A DNA stretch of 64,000 bases from Octopus vulgaris (lineage: Eukaryota). Shown piece after piece: positions 24,011 to 38,001 of the stretch. Both the position numbers and the translations under genes were made by a program. Every line of letters begins with the position of its first letter. Within the stretch, counting starts at the first letter, position 1. The notes beneath the pieces are model-generated. The model was not told where the DNA came from. It was given only the letters and a program-made list of their open reading frames with translations, and searched no databases. Location of the stretch: NCBI GenBank assembly GCA_951406725.2, contig OX597824.1, positions 69,812,001-69,876,000 of the forward strand, given 5' to 3'.

Positions 24011-25339
24011 CCCTATATAATGAATGCAAAAATTTTACTGCTTAACCACGAGATCGAGAATTCGATCCGATTGTGTAGCATCTTGGAGCATGTGCATTCA
24101 ACGTAGCCTCAGATTCACTCAAGACTTGAGCATCAATTTGGGTAAATGACGTCATGCAGTGAGATCGAACCTGTGGCCACATGATTGTTAATCGAACTTT
24201 TTAACCGATCGGCTATAATGCGTCACTAATCCTTAATATAGTACTCAGTCGGAATCAGCTTTACACGGTATGTGACACACGGCCCACACTTTGAATTACC
24301 TGTGTAATCCATATTACGACCTCGTTCGTGTAAAACTAAAATGCACCTGTCCAAAATACCACGTGATGAAACCGAACCTGAAATCTCTTGATAACGAAGC
24401 GAACTTACAAACTATTCCAAACTATGGAAGGAAGGCAGTGCCATCACCGATGCTCGACGATTTTCGTCTGCGCTGGCATATTTCTGTGAATTTAACACTG
24501 AACGTCTAAACAAGATACATTCTCGAGACGAATACTACAGTGTAGCCGGCTTTCAGCGATATATTTGCTTTAAGAATGATACATACATTGCTATTTTAAA
24601 CTAACAGTGCTTCTGTCGGTGATAACGAATAAGATACAGAAAAATACAGGTTATTGGTCGAGTTGTTGGTACTGTTGTTGTTGACATGGTTTCATCACAG
24701 TTAAACGCGAATCGGGCGATTCTATAATAAAAAATGTTCCACTCTTGGCCGTCCAGATGGTTTCATTTTTTTCAGATATATTCTATCTAAAACTAAGTTT
24801 GTAAAATGTCCGTTATTTTCAAACGAGATAGTCGTGGTTCAAGGCGTGTCTAACTCTTATTTCTAGTGGATCAAACAGCTGTGTGGAGGTCTTGATTTTG
24901 TCTTGTAGTATCAGCAACAGCAGTAGGTGTTGCTGTTTTAGCGCCAGATCAGACATGATTGACCAGGTCATTGACCAACCGCATTCGAGCCGAGATCGTT
25001 CCATGTTAAAGCAATACACACACACACACACATGTACAGGGAAAGATTAATCCAATGTGCTCTTCAATTTTTGAGATAGTAGCTTGTGATTTGGAAGGAG
25101 GACTGGTATTTCTAGCAGGAAGGATGCCCGCGTAGGAGATAGCATAAGAGATTGACCGAAGGGTTTCTTCGATAAAATAAACGTGACATTTATTAATGGC
25201 ATCGGAGTGGAGCAGTGTAGGGTTGCGTGTGGTGGTGGTGGTGGTGGTGGTGGTGGAGGTGGTGGTGGTGGTGGTTTTGTATGTGTGTGCGTGTGGGGGG
25301 GTGTGGGTGTATACTATTCAAGTATTGAAATCCGCATTG

Positions 25340-25745
25340 TGTGATAAGAAGCTTGCTTCCCAACCACATGGTTCCGGGTTCTGTCTCACGACGTGGCACC
25401 TTGGGCAAGTGTCTTCTACTATAGCCTCGGGCCAACCAAAGCCTTGTAAGTGGATTTGGTAGACGGAAACTAAAAGAAGCCCGTTGTGTGTTTATATATA
25501 CATATATATATATATATATATCTGTGTGTGTTTGCGTGTGTTTGCACCCCATCACCGCTTGACAAGCGATAGTGGTGTGTTTACGTCCCTGTGTTCCCGT
25601 GACGAAGCGGTTCGGCAAAAGCGAGCAATAGAATAAATACTAGTCTTTAAAAATAAGCCCTGGAGGGGTGTCTAAATATCCTTCAAGTCGGTGCTCCAGC
25701 ATGGCTACAGTTAAATGACTGAAACAAGTAACAGAATTAAAGAAT
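25340..25745 (+). mobile_element. Family B SINE
   Basis: Same head, core and tail as 23625-24010. Confidence 0.85.
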
Positions 25746-25765
25746 GAAAGAATATCGATAGATAA

Positions 25766-25835
<70 letters not shown>

Positions 25836-26305
25836 GCAAGCATGGTCATATATGCATATTTAATTCTTTCTCCAGCTATTTCACGTCTCAGTCGAATGGT
25901 CAAATAGACATTCTTATATTTATGCGTCTGTTTGTGAGAGAGTCTGCATCTGTCTGCATGGATGTATCCATTAGCGAATTCTTAATAATAAAACTAATAA
26001 AAATAATGATGGTACCAAATTTTGGTAAAAGGCCAGTAATGCTTTGTGGGGTGGGGCGTTAGGTTAGTCGATTGCATCAACCCCACTACTCAATTAGCAC
26101 ATATTTTATCAACCACGAAAGGATGAAAGGCAAAATCGACCTCGGTGGAATTTGTTCCCAGAACCGAAAGAGACGTCGCTAAGTCATCTCTTGTACGACG
26201 TGTTAGCGATTCTGCATGTAATGATCATTTTATTTTGAAAGTATTGTTATTTGCAACAGCTATTTTTCTAAGTGCCTGTGTGTGCGTGTTATATATGTGA
26301 GTTCG

Positions 26306-26705
26306 AAGGCGGCGAGCTGGCAGAGACGTTAGCACGCTGGACGAAATGCTTAGCGGTATTTCGTCTGCCGTTACGTTCTGAGTTCAAATTCCGCCGAGGT
26401 CGACTTTGCCTTTCATCCTTTCGGGGTCGATTTAAATAAGTACCAGTTACGCACTGGGGTCGATATAATCGACTTAATCCGTTTGTCTATCCTTGTTTTT
26501 CCTCTCTGTGTTTAGCCCTTTGTGGGTAGTAAAGAAATAGGTATTTCATCTGTCTTTACGTTCTGAGTTCAAATTTAGGCGAGGTCGACTTTGCCTTTCA
26601 TCCTTTCGGGGTCGATAAATTAAGTACCAGCTGAGTACTGGGGTCTATCTAATCGACTGGCCCCCTCCCCAAAAATTTCGGATCTTGCGCCTAGAGCAGA
26701 AAAGG
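26306..26705 (+). mobile_element. Dimeric family A SINE
   Basis: Head plus two bodies joined at GTAAAGAAATAGGTATTTC. Confidence 0.88.
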
Positions 26706-26739
26706 TTATAGTGGGTGTTTGTTGCTTTCAACTATTTTT

Positions 26740-26957
26740 ATTTGTTTTAGTCATTTAGATTGGGGCCACGGAGGGACACAGTTTTGAATAATTTTAGTCG
26801 AATGCATTGACCCCCACTATTTATTTTTTTAAACCTGGTACTTATTCTATCGATCGGCCGAACTGCTAATTTACAGGGACGTATACACACCACCAGCAGT
26901 TGTCAAGCGATTTGTAAAACAAAGAGAAACACACGGCCACATACACATCCTCACACA

Positions 26958-27012
<55 letters not shown>

Positions 27013-27165
27013 CGGACGCCATTCAGTTTCCTTCAACCAAATCTTCTTTCAAGCCTTTGGCTGGCCCGAGCATATAGTAGAAAACACTTGCCCAACGTAG
27101 CATGCAGCGCGACTGAACTCGGAAGCAGGTGATCGGGAAGCATAACTTCTTACCACGCAGCCACA
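26740..27165 (-). mobile_element. Diverged family B SINE
   Basis: Reverse-complement match with internal (CA)n. Confidence 0.75.
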
Positions 27166-27172
27166 TACTTAT

Positions 27173-27292
<120 letters not shown>

Positions 27293-27625
27293 TACCAGTG
27301 CCGGTGGCATGTAAGAGAACCTTCCGTTTCGCGACCGTTGCCAGCACCGCCCCGTTTCGTGTCCGTTGCCAGCCTCGCCTGGCCCTCGTGCCGGTGGCAC
27401 ATAAAAAGCACCATCCGTTCGTGGCCGTTTGCCAGCTCTGTCTGGCACCTGTGCGGGTGGCACGGAGTGGTTGGCGTTAGGAAGGGCATCCAGCCGTAGA
27501 AACACTGCCAGATCAGACTGGGCCTGATGCAGCCTTCTGGCTTCACAGACCCCAGTAGAACCGTCCAACCCATGCTAGCATGGAAAGCGGACGCTAAACG
27601 ATGATGATGATGATGATGATGATGA
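27293..27625 (+). mobile_element. SINE 3' portion with internal GTGCCGGTGGCA repeats and (GAT)n tail
   Basis: GGCGTTAGGAAGGGCATCCAGCCGTAGAAAC...GGACGCTAAACGATGATGAT; a related tail lies at 46870-47005. Confidence 0.7.
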
Positions 27626-27636
27626 TACATATATAT

Positions 27637-27687
<51 letters not shown>

Positions 27688-28468
27688 TATCCGTGAATTC
27701 ATAGCTGACTGAAGACGCCACGGGGAAGTCTGTGAACCAGTTTAATGTTGAGCCGATCTTATTCCCAAACGGCGCGTCTCTATGTTGTCGAAAGTGGCGT
27801 ATATTACGTGTCTTTAGCTAAGGATAACCAGCACGCACATACATAGTTGAATATACACCGACACACGCAGTCGCATATGTTTGTGTGGGGGGACGACGGG
27901 GTATTGGGGGGGTGCGGTGTCTGTGTGTCCGTGTGTGTGTGTGTGTGTATGATCGTGTCGGAATGATTTGTATTCCGCCATAAACTGGTTTTCATGATTT
28001 CAACACGAAATTTGACAATATAACTTAATAGGAACTCCGTGGAGTCATATAGAGATAATTTTTCACGAAATAAATAAATAAATAGCGAAGAGCGTCAGAA
28101 ATAAACGGACAAAACTCTCCGTTAATTGCTGGTTTTAGCAAATTGCAATTAAAGCCAAAACGACCGTCACTACTCCAGCGTCATCTGCATTATCACCACC
28201 ACCACTACTACTACCACCAATAACAACAACAACAACAACAACAGCAATAACATAAAAATAAGAATAACGATGATATTCATTGCTAAAAGAACAAAACTGT
28301 TAACAAATGTTGTTACGAATAGCTTTTATATCACAGAGAAGCAAGTAAACTGGAGTGTAGAATAGTATTAGTATACTAGAGGGGCGATTGTGACGTTGTT
28401 TCAGTGTAGAGTTTTAGCATTACTACACTGATGGAGAAAATACAGTTTATAATTACATTTAGTATATT

Positions 28469-28922
28469 AAGGCGGCGAGCTGGCAGAAACGCTAGCACGA
28501 CGAGCGAAATGCTTAGCAGTATTTCGTCTGCCGTTATGTTCTGAGCTCAAATTCCGCCGAAGTCGACTTTGCCTTTCATCCTTTCGGGGTCGATAAATTA
28601 AGTACCAGTTACGCACTGGGGTCGAAATAATCGACTTAATCCGTTTGTCTGTCCTTGTTTGTCCTCTCTGCGTCTAGCCCCTAGTGGGTAGTAAAGAAAT
28701 AGGTATTTCGTTTGCCGTTACCTTCTGAGTTCTAATTCTGCCGAGGTCGACTTAGCAGTATTTCGTCTGTCTTTACGTTCTGATTTCAAATTCTGCCGAT
28801 GTCGACTTTGCCTTTCATTCTTTCGGGGTCGATAAATTAAGTACCAGTTGCCTACTGGGGTTAATCTAATCGACTGGACACTTCCCCATAAATTTCGGAC
28901 CTTGTGCCTATAGTAGAAAAGA
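28469..28922 (+). mobile_element. Multimeric family A SINE
   Basis: Head, body, partial body and body, with the same GAAATAGGTATTTCG junction. Confidence 0.88.
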
Positions 28923-29767
28923 TGGAATACTTTTTTTAGACCTGACTTTATATGATTTTTGTAGGGTCCACTGTACAATAGCATTCTAAGGGCCACTGAA
29001 AGAATTTCTCTTTAGATATATGTACTGCTATGTATAATAAGAAACAGCCAGGTTTCTTTCTCTAACATTTTATATCGTTCAAACTACACAAGTTAATGTG
29101 TGAATGAGAAGATTGGAATTTTGAAAGAAGCTTCTATAAAACTAGTTTATGAACAGCAGATGGCTATGGGGGTCCACCAGAATAAAATAGTAATCAAGGG
29201 CTTCCATGGATAAAAAATGGTTGAAAGCCCTTGTGATCAACAAAATGAGTTTCCTTCCTTTTCTGAGTTCAGGTCCTGTTGGGGATCGACTTTCCTTTTC
29301 GTCTTGCTGGAGCCTATATATTAACAGCAACTCGACAATAAACAATTGATTTTTATGCATCTAGTTGACTATATATTTAATTATCTACATATCCAATTGA
29401 CTTTATATCTAATTCATATTATTTATATATATATATATGCGATCGCTCCGACACCTGATGAGAGTTACAGGGTGCACCTCTTCAGAAAGCCTCGATTTGA
29501 TGGCGAAAGGGAGTTAATGTGCAGCACGAACGTTTGATTACTACAAAACACATCATTTGTCCAGGTCGCTCGACAAAAAGCTGGATGCTCATACGTCGTC
29601 TTCGACGGGAGAGCCCATCACACACACACACACACATGTATGTATGTATGTATGTATGTATGTATGTATGTATGTATGTATGTATGTATGTATGTATGTA
29701 TGTATGTATAAACAATTGCAGCGTGGAAGGTACATACATATATATATACATATCCTGCTTGCTTTAT

Positions 29768-30160
29768 AGGCGTAGGTGTGGCTGTGTGGTAAGTAGCTTG
29801 CTTCCCAACCACATGGTTCCTGGTTCAGTCCTACTGCATGGCACCTTGGGCAAGTGTCTTCTGCTACAGACTCAGGCCCACTGAAGCCTTGTGAGTGGAT
29901 TTGGTACACGGAAAGTGAAAGAAGGCCGCCGTATATATATAAATGTGTTTGTATGTGTTTGTGTTTCCCCACCACCACCACCATCACTTGACAACCGATA
30001 TCGGTGTGTTTACGTCCCCGTAACTTAGAAGTTCGACAAAAGACACCGATAGGATAAGTACTAGGCTTACAAAGAATAAGACCTGAGGTCGATTTGTTCG
30101 ACTAAATGCGGTGTTCCAGCATGGCCGCAGTCAAGTGACGGAAAAAGTAAAAGAGTAAAA

Positions 30161-30162
<2 letters not shown>
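29768..30162 (+). mobile_element. Family B SINE
   Basis: Full head-core-tail match. Confidence 0.88.
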
Positions 30163-30198
<36 letters not shown>

Positions 30199-30208
30199 TT
30201 TTACTCTT

Positions 30209-30318
<110 letters not shown>

Positions 30319-30754
30319 TTCTCCTGGTTTTAATTATTAGAGTGTGACCATGCTGGAGTACTCTCGTTAAAAGAGTTAACTGAATGTGTGGGCGTTTTCT
30401 TATTTCTATATATTCGCTTTATTAAGAGCAAACTTTGTTTAAATAACATCCTGTTGAGTACGTCGGTCCTCCAAGTATTGTGAGAGTTCCTTTGTGATTC
30501 TAAGTTTACGGATCTTCTCCTTCTTGTTTACAAATAAAAGACTGTTTTATAATGTTTCCGGTCACTAGGGTGTTTCTATGTTGTAATATCGTCAGTAAGA
30601 GTCAAAAGCTTACATCACCTCGCTTTCTTTGAGTTAAAACATTTGTGCACTCAACAGGGCAGAGTAACGTCATCATATGTTAATTTTGCTTCATCATACT
30701 TCCTCACAAATAATAATTTGTCGACAGCGTAGAGCAGTTTCTCTTTCTCTTTCT

Positions 30755-31161
30755 CTTTTCTCTTTTACTTGTTTCAGTCATTTGACTGCGGCCATGCTGG
30801 AGCATCGCTTTTAGTCTACCAAATCGACCCCAGGACTTGTTCTTTGTAAGCCTAGTACTTATTCTATCGGTGTCTTTTGCCGAACCGCTAAGTTACGTGG
30901 TCGTAAACACACCAGCATCGGTTGTCAAGCGATGTTGGTGGGACAAACACAGACACACAAACATATACACACATACACATATATACATATATACCACGGG
31001 CTTCTTTCAGTTTCCGTCTGTCAAATCCACTACAAAGGCAAAGGCTTTGGTCGGTCCGAGGCTATAGTAGAAGACACTTGCCCAAGGTGCCACGCAGAGG
31101 GAATGATTCCGGAACCATGTGGTTGGTAAGCAAGCTACCTACCACACAGCCACTCCTGCGC
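30755..31161 (-). mobile_element. Family B SINE
   Basis: Full reverse-complement match. Confidence 0.88.
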
Positions 31162-31185
31162 CAGTTGTTCATTCCATATTTATTA

Positions 31186-32121
31186 AGAAGGGGTACCCAA
31201 GAGAAATCGGAAGTTTGCAATACAATTTTATTCACGTAGTTTTACATGTTTACACTTTTATCGTCTTCAAAGTATTCTCCATTCGAAGCGACGCATCGGC
31301 CCAGACGCGTATTCCAATGTTCGAAGTAGGGCTGGAACCCTTGCGAAATTATGCCTTTTAACGTCTCTGCTGGTTTTTTTTTTTTTGCTTTTTTTTTTTC
31401 ACCTTTTCCACATTTGCAAAGCATTTTCCTTTAAAGACTTTTATTCATTCAGGAGAACAAGAAAAAGGTCGCAAGGAGCAAGTTCAGGTGAATTGGGGGT
31501 AGTGATCGAGAGGGGGCCTTGCCATTTTTGGTCAAAATCTGTCTAACACTTCCGTGAGCAAGCGATTCACAAATTTTGCTGCAACCCCTTTCATTCACAA
31601 TTCCTCGCTCCGAATTAATAGACAGGAGCTTCAGGGCACATCAGTCATATCAGCAAGTTCGTCAATCGTTCGACAACAGTCCCTCAAGATCAGTTCATGA
31701 ATTTTCGTGATGTTTTCATTCATTCAGGAGGTCGTCGATCGCCCTGAACAAGGTTGGTATTCAAGCGACAAGTAACCATTCCTAAAGCGTGAAAAACCAC
31801 TCGTAAACTTGTGTTTTCCTCATGGCAGCGTTCTCGTAAGCTGTTTGAGGCATAAAAATTGTTTCAGTCGCTGTTTCCCCAACAGAAAACATGATTTCCC
31901 GCAAGTATGCTGTTCCTTCGTTTCAACCAATGCAAACATCGACGAACAGGGAAGAAGCACTGCAAAACAAAGGCGTACCACATGGCAGAACCACACTAGA
32001 TGCCGCCGGTCGACAGGCAAATGCGTGAGGGTCGCATCAAGTGCATTCTAGCGGCGGAAGCACGAACTGCAACGGCTTATTCCACAAAGAACGTTTCTGG
32101 TTACTTTTGGGGACATCCTCG
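31186..32121 (-). mobile_element. Internally deleted mariner element
   Basis: TA-flanked imperfect TIRs; C-terminus FQPYFEHWNTRLGRCVASNGEYFED; N-terminal HTH-like KSCFLLGK. Same family as 44007-46158. Confidence 0.85.
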
Positions 32122-33029
32122 TAAATGACAAAGAAATGTTACTTCATCGACATGTTTGGTCGATTACATGGCATTAAAAAGCGTTTCACAATCTCTATTA
32201 CGCAACTGGTTTTTGAAGCAATCTCCTTTTCTTTGATTGCCAAAACATAACCTTCAAAATGTGATGCGATGTCATGGTCAGAAGACCATGCGGCAGCACG
32301 GGACATTATGGAGGGCTGAGTGTCTCTTGGCTAGTTCACACCTCACCTGAAAGAAGTTATATCATATATTGGTTTCAAATTTTGGCACAATGCCAGTAAT
32401 TTGGAGGGAGGGTTAAATCGATTACATCGACCTCAGTGTTCGACTCGTACCTATTTTATTGACTCTGAAATGATTAAAGAGTAAGTCAACCTCTGCGGAA
32501 TTTGAACTCAGAACATTAAGACAATGTCCTTAATGATATCATACACTGGGTTCAAATTTTGGCACAAGTCTAGCAAGTCGAGGCTAGTAGAAGAGACTGA
32601 ACAAGGTTCCACGCAGTGGGACTGAACCCGGGACCATATGGTTGGGAAGCAAGCTTCTTACCACACACCCATGCCTGTGTCTATGTATGTATGTATGTAT
32701 GTATGTATGTATGTATGTATGTATGTATGTATTAAGTGAAGGATGGCTTTATTTTGGGGAACTGCTAGACTTGTGCCAAAATTTGAAACCAGTGTATGAT
32801 ATCATTAAGGACATATTGATATCAGTAAGGCGGCGACTTGGTAGAATCGTTAGCACGGCCGAGTAAAATTGTAAGAAAGGGTTTGCATAGGGACAATCAC
32901 TCTCTAAGTGACCTATCATTTGCCCGGAAATGTGCAGGGCCTATCTTCACCTTCAAATCTTCAGACACGGGCATGTTTGATCTTTAACTTTGCTATTATG
33001 TATTGTATACACTGGTTGACTTAGAATGA

Positions 33030-34075
33030 AGACATGAGGTTTCACTCTGTTGATCAGCACTTCACTGTATCCTACACTACTAACTTTTCCAGGTACCTTT
33101 TCCAGGTTGCGTTGCACTATAAGCTCTTTTGCATCCAAATTAAAAACCGATTAGCATAACTTTTTCTGTGGAAAGTTAAGGCTCGAATTTCTTTTCCGCT
33201 GGCGATTTTGAATGTTTCCACTCTATTCTTTATCTTTCAGATTCAAGTTCAATGTGATGAACCTATGTTTCAATTATGAGGAGGCGCAATGGCCCAGTGG
33301 TTAGGGCAGCGGACTCGCGGTCATAGGATCGCGGTTTCGATTCCCAGACCGAGCGTTGTGAGTGTTTATTGAGCGAAAACAACTAAAAGCTCCACGATGC
33401 TCCGGCAGGGGATGGTGGTGATCCCTGCTGTACTCTTTCACCACAACTTTCTCTCACTCTTACTTCCTGTTTCTGTTGTACCCCTGTATTTCAAGGGGCC
33501 GGCCTTGTCACTCTCTGTGTCACGCTGAATATCCCCAAAAACTACGTTAAGGGTGCACGTGTCTGTAGAGTGCTCAGCCACTTACACGTTAATTTCACGA
33601 GCAGGCTGTTCTGTTGATTCGGATCAACCGGAACCCTCATCGTCGTAACCGACGGAATGCTTCCCCCCCCCCTAGTTTCAATTATGACTATTCTCTTCAG
33701 AAAAAAGCTTCACCTCCATCGCTATAGCAGTCGAGTAAGCGTTGACATATCTCGACACGATTGCGCTTATGCGCTTTGCTAAGATCTCTTGGAACTCCTC
33801 TCGGACAGACTTTACGGAAGCAAAGTTTGTCGTGGATGATTTCGTATGCAGAACCATGACTAATTTGCAGAGAACTAATTGGCCTTATCGATGGTCACTC
33901 GTCGCTTGACCAGAACCATCTCTCGACCTCGTTGAATCTTCATATCACTGGTGGAAGATGACCTCTGTGCCCTGCTCTCGCTTCGTACTTGATGCTTGTC
34001 CAGCGGTTTTTTCTCGATCCACCTATATTCATTTCTATGCGGTAGTGCGGTAAATAAGCAAACCAAACTGCATTC
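33030..34075 (-). pseudogene. Decayed mariner transposase interrupted by a SINE
   Basis: Minus strand: RRVTID...ISHGSAYEIIHDKLCFRKVCPRGVPRDL...LKRIV, then VHHIELES...EWKHSKSP...EKVML. Confidence 0.85.
33280..33674 (+). mobile_element. Family C SINE with 13-bp TSD
   Basis: TSD GTTTCAATTATGA at 33267-33279 and 33675-33687. Confidence 0.92.
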
Positions 34076-34133
34076 ATGGGATGTTTTATGCTACGTATAT
34101 GCATGTATGTATACATGTATGTATGTATGTATG

Positions 34134-34167
<34 letters not shown>

Positions 34168-34379
34168 TGTATGTATGTATGTATGTATGTATGTATGCAT
34201 GCATGCATGCATGTATGTATGTATGTATGTATGCATGCATGCATGCATGTATGTATGTATGTATGTATGTATGTATGTATGTATGTGTGTATGTATGTAT
34301 GTGTGTGTGTATATATATATATGTTTTATGCTACGTATATGTATGTATGTATATATGTGTGTATGTATGTATGTATATA

Positions 34380-34457
<78 letters not shown>

Positions 34458-34458
<1 letters not shown>

Positions 34459-34643
34459 GGGGAGAATTCAGAAAAAAACAAAAGACGAAGAACTGTGGTG
34501 TAGACAACAAACAGATGTATTAGTATAACGCTCGGGAAGTGAAAAAGTCTTTAACGTTTCGAGCCTACGCTCTTCCATAGAAACGAACACAGAAAGAAAC
34601 AAAGAGAGTAAATAATGTGTAGCGGCTAGCAATCTATCATGGC

Positions 34644-34645
<2 letters not shown>
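34458..34645 (-). mobile_element. Solo Penelope pseudo-LTR between (TA)n tracts, with degenerate hammerhead
   Basis: Minus strand CTATGGA-a-GAGCGTAGGCTC-GAAACGTTAAAGAC; homologous to 8700-8848. Confidence 0.85.
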
Positions 34646-34720
<75 letters not shown>

Positions 34721-34724
34721 TATA

Positions 34725-34903
34725 TATTCTGTTGTGTCTGGGGAGAGTCATTGTCTTTTAGTGCCTTATAATTTAACACACTCACCGGTAAAATTTCCAC
34801 TCATTTCCTTTTATCTTTATAAAATTTTCGTTGCGCCTTGCAACCTTTTCAATAGTTGTTGACTGCGTTCTTTTTGTTTGTTTATGCGCATATGTGTGGG
34901 TCA

Positions 34904-34953
<50 letters not shown>

Positions 34954-37050
34954 GTGCATACACATGTATATATGAATGTACGCATGCATATCTGTACGCA
35001 TGTATGTGTGTGCGCATATGTATATATGTATATATCCGTGTATATTTGTATGTATGTAGTCTGTATATTCATGTTTGTGTATTTTGATGTATGTGTGTGT
35101 GGTTGCATGTGTGTGTGTGTGTACCTCTGTCTCCTTGTGTGTGCATGTCTGAGTGTCTGTGTGTCTGTGTCTGTATGGGTCTTTTGCAACTATGTTCTGT
35201 GTTTGTATGTATGGATGTGTATCTCCATATGTGTGGACGTGTGTCTCCATATGTGTCCTTGCGTGAAGGGAAGTGTGTGTGTATATATGGTCATGTGTTT
35301 CAGTCTTCATTTGTGTATATGTGTGTATGTGTGCTTGTCTGTTCATATAACCTATGTACCTATCTGTCTGTATGTCTATCAGTTTAATTTCATATCCATA
35401 TGCTTACATACTTGTGCTTATACATATGCATATATACATACACACACCCCCACACACACATACAGACATCTATCTACATAACAGCCCACTAACTATTTTT
35501 CTCTACCTGTATAAACTGTAAATATGGGGGTATGATGTCTACTACGTATATTTCCTATCTAGTACTGGGGAAGTTTCATTTATGAGGACGTACTCCTGTA
35601 TTTGTCTGAGTGTTGGGTGTTTGGATAAGATGCGGATGTCATGTTAACCCAGGTTGCTTCCACGTTGGTCCTTGGCATGTTGGTAGAGTATGGAGGACTG
35701 TTTTTTGTCATCATATTGTCTCAAATATTCATTTAGTCGTGCCGCATTGCTCCTAGATCTCTTCCCTATTTATGCCATGTTCATGTCTTTACAAGCACCT
35801 TCTATGCATCTTATACTGTAAACTACATTTCTAGTTCTACAGTTAATGCCAGGGCTAATTCTACATACCATGCAGTTATCATTGGTGCATATGATAGTTA
35901 TGATCTGACGGAGTTCCCTGGCTTTTCAAAAATCTTTATGTTGAGTTTGCTCTCCTTCAGAGCTTTCCTAAATTTACGGGCTATTTCTCCATGGGCTGTG
36001 GCTTCTACAAACATCACCCCTTGATATTTGTCAGTTTTATACCACGTGTTCACCCAGTTTGCTTTGTCACAGGTTCTTTGTATCCTATTCCAGTCTTTGT
36101 TTCTATAACTAGGGCAGGTACCACTGATATCATTACATATAATGCTATCTAACTTCTTTCTAACTCTCTTGTATACTCGAACCCTGTCTTTCTGATCATA
36201 TCCAGAGAACTGCACGCGGTGCATGAAGTTCTGTACATGTTTTTTTCGTTTCATAAGGGTTTGCATAGTGAGGACGCGTTGTTCATTATCCTAACTAGGT
36301 CTGCTATCAGTATGTAAATTTTCATGTTGTGTGACAAAGCTGAGTTATTGTGAACAACATATTTTGAAGTTATGGGTTTCATGTGGAAGAGCTGCACTCT
36401 ATTGTTCACAGTCTCTAACCAAACTTCTGTATCAAGGACGGGGAGTCTATTCTTGGGGTGCCTAGTGGGGGTAATCTATAATTACCGTGATACTTTGGTG
36501 GATGGAGTTAGCTGCTTCCTGGATGCTCTCCTTTAGGTTCCTCTTAGTTTCTATGAACATTTGAAACAATATAACGACAAAAAATAGCCCTCCATACTCT
36601 ACCAACATGCCAAGGACCAACATGCACACACAAGGAGACAAAGGTGCACACACACACATACAAACACACACACACACACACATACATAAAAACCCTCAAA
36701 CACATGAATATGCAGAATACATACATACAAATGTACACACATACATACATACATATGCACACACACATACATGTATACACACACAGGCATGCATACATAC
36801 ATATGTATGCACACACTGACCTAAACACAGGCGCACAAACAAACAAAAAGAACGCAGTGTGAATAACTATTGCAAAGGTTGTAAGACGCAACGAAAATTT
36901 TAGAAAATAAAGAAGCAAATGAGTGGACATTTTACCGGTGAGTGTGTTAAATTATAAGGCACTAAAAGAGAACGATTCTCCTCAGGCACAACAGAATATG
37001 CTTCAACACACGAACTCATATAAAGAATCTTGCAAAACAAATCCCAAAAC
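34725..37050 (-). mobile_element. Decayed Neptune-like Penelope element with an inverted partial terminal repeat at its 5' junction
   Basis: Minus strand: LPVLDTEVW, FHMKP, NSALS, FMHRVQFSGY, VMFVEAT, RQIQEYVLIN. 36545-36980 is an inverted copy of 35665-35735 joined to 34725-35145. Confidence 0.8.
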
Positions 37051-37201
37051 TAAAAATATATATATATATCTTTAATCTTTAACTAGTTTCAGTCATTTAA
37101 ATGTGGCCATCCTGAGGCACCGCCCTGACCCCTATATGTATATATATACACACACATATCTATATATCTACATACATATCTACATATAGATATATTCATA
37201 C

Positions 37202-37292
<91 letters not shown>

Positions 37293-37333
37293 TATACATA
37301 TATATACATATACATGCATATATATACATATAC

Positions 37334-37374
<41 letters not shown>

Positions 37375-37460
37375 TATGTATATATGTATATATGTATGTA
37401 TGTATATATGTAAGTACGTATGTATGTATATATGTATGTACGTATGTATGTATATATATA

Positions 37461-37681
37461 CGAAGGGGTGCAAAAAATGTTCCTAGATTTAAAGGTTTCG
37501 CGAAAAGGCCTGGTTTGAGGCCCAGCCTTTCGAGTTCTTTAACAGAGCTTGAAAAAACTGAAGGGGCCCCCTACATTAGGTGTGTGAATCTGAGAGGGGA
37601 ATATGTTGAATAAAATTGTCATTAACAGATCCTCCTGTATTTTCTTTTCATCAAAACCAGGATCTTTTCAACACTCCCTCG
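37461..37681 (+). mobile_element. Mariner-derived MITE
   Basis: TA-CGAAGGGGTG...CACTCCCTCG ends; retains [11 protein letters not shown], the mariner C-terminus. Confidence 0.75.
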
Positions 37682-37719
37682 TGTACACTCACACATACAT
37701 ACATACATACATACATACA

Positions 37720-37753
<34 letters not shown>

Positions 37754-37853
37754 CATACATACATACATACATACATACATACATACATACATACATACAT
37801 ACATACATACAGACACACACACACATATATATATGCGTGTGTATGTATGGATG

Positions 37854-37917
<64 letters not shown>

Positions 37918-38001
37918 TATGTATATGTATATGTATATGTATGAATATATCTATATATAGATATGTATGTAGATATATAGTTATGTGTGTGTATATATAT
38001 A

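Noticed and set aside
29450-29515. Hammerhead at CTGATGAGAG
   Set aside because: GAAA is not adjacent to the GAG/CTC stem, and stems I and III do not close.
30320-30740. Possible further Penelope endonuclease or RT remnants (also 2250-2520 and 59740-60300)
   Set aside because: Only scattered residues resemble the motifs; a profile search would be needed.
33280-33352. Functional tRNA-Arg gene (also at 59025, 62534 and 6305-6376)
   Set aside because: The tRNA-like head continues into a 390-bp SINE body with a TSD; the acceptor stem is imperfect and no terminator follows.
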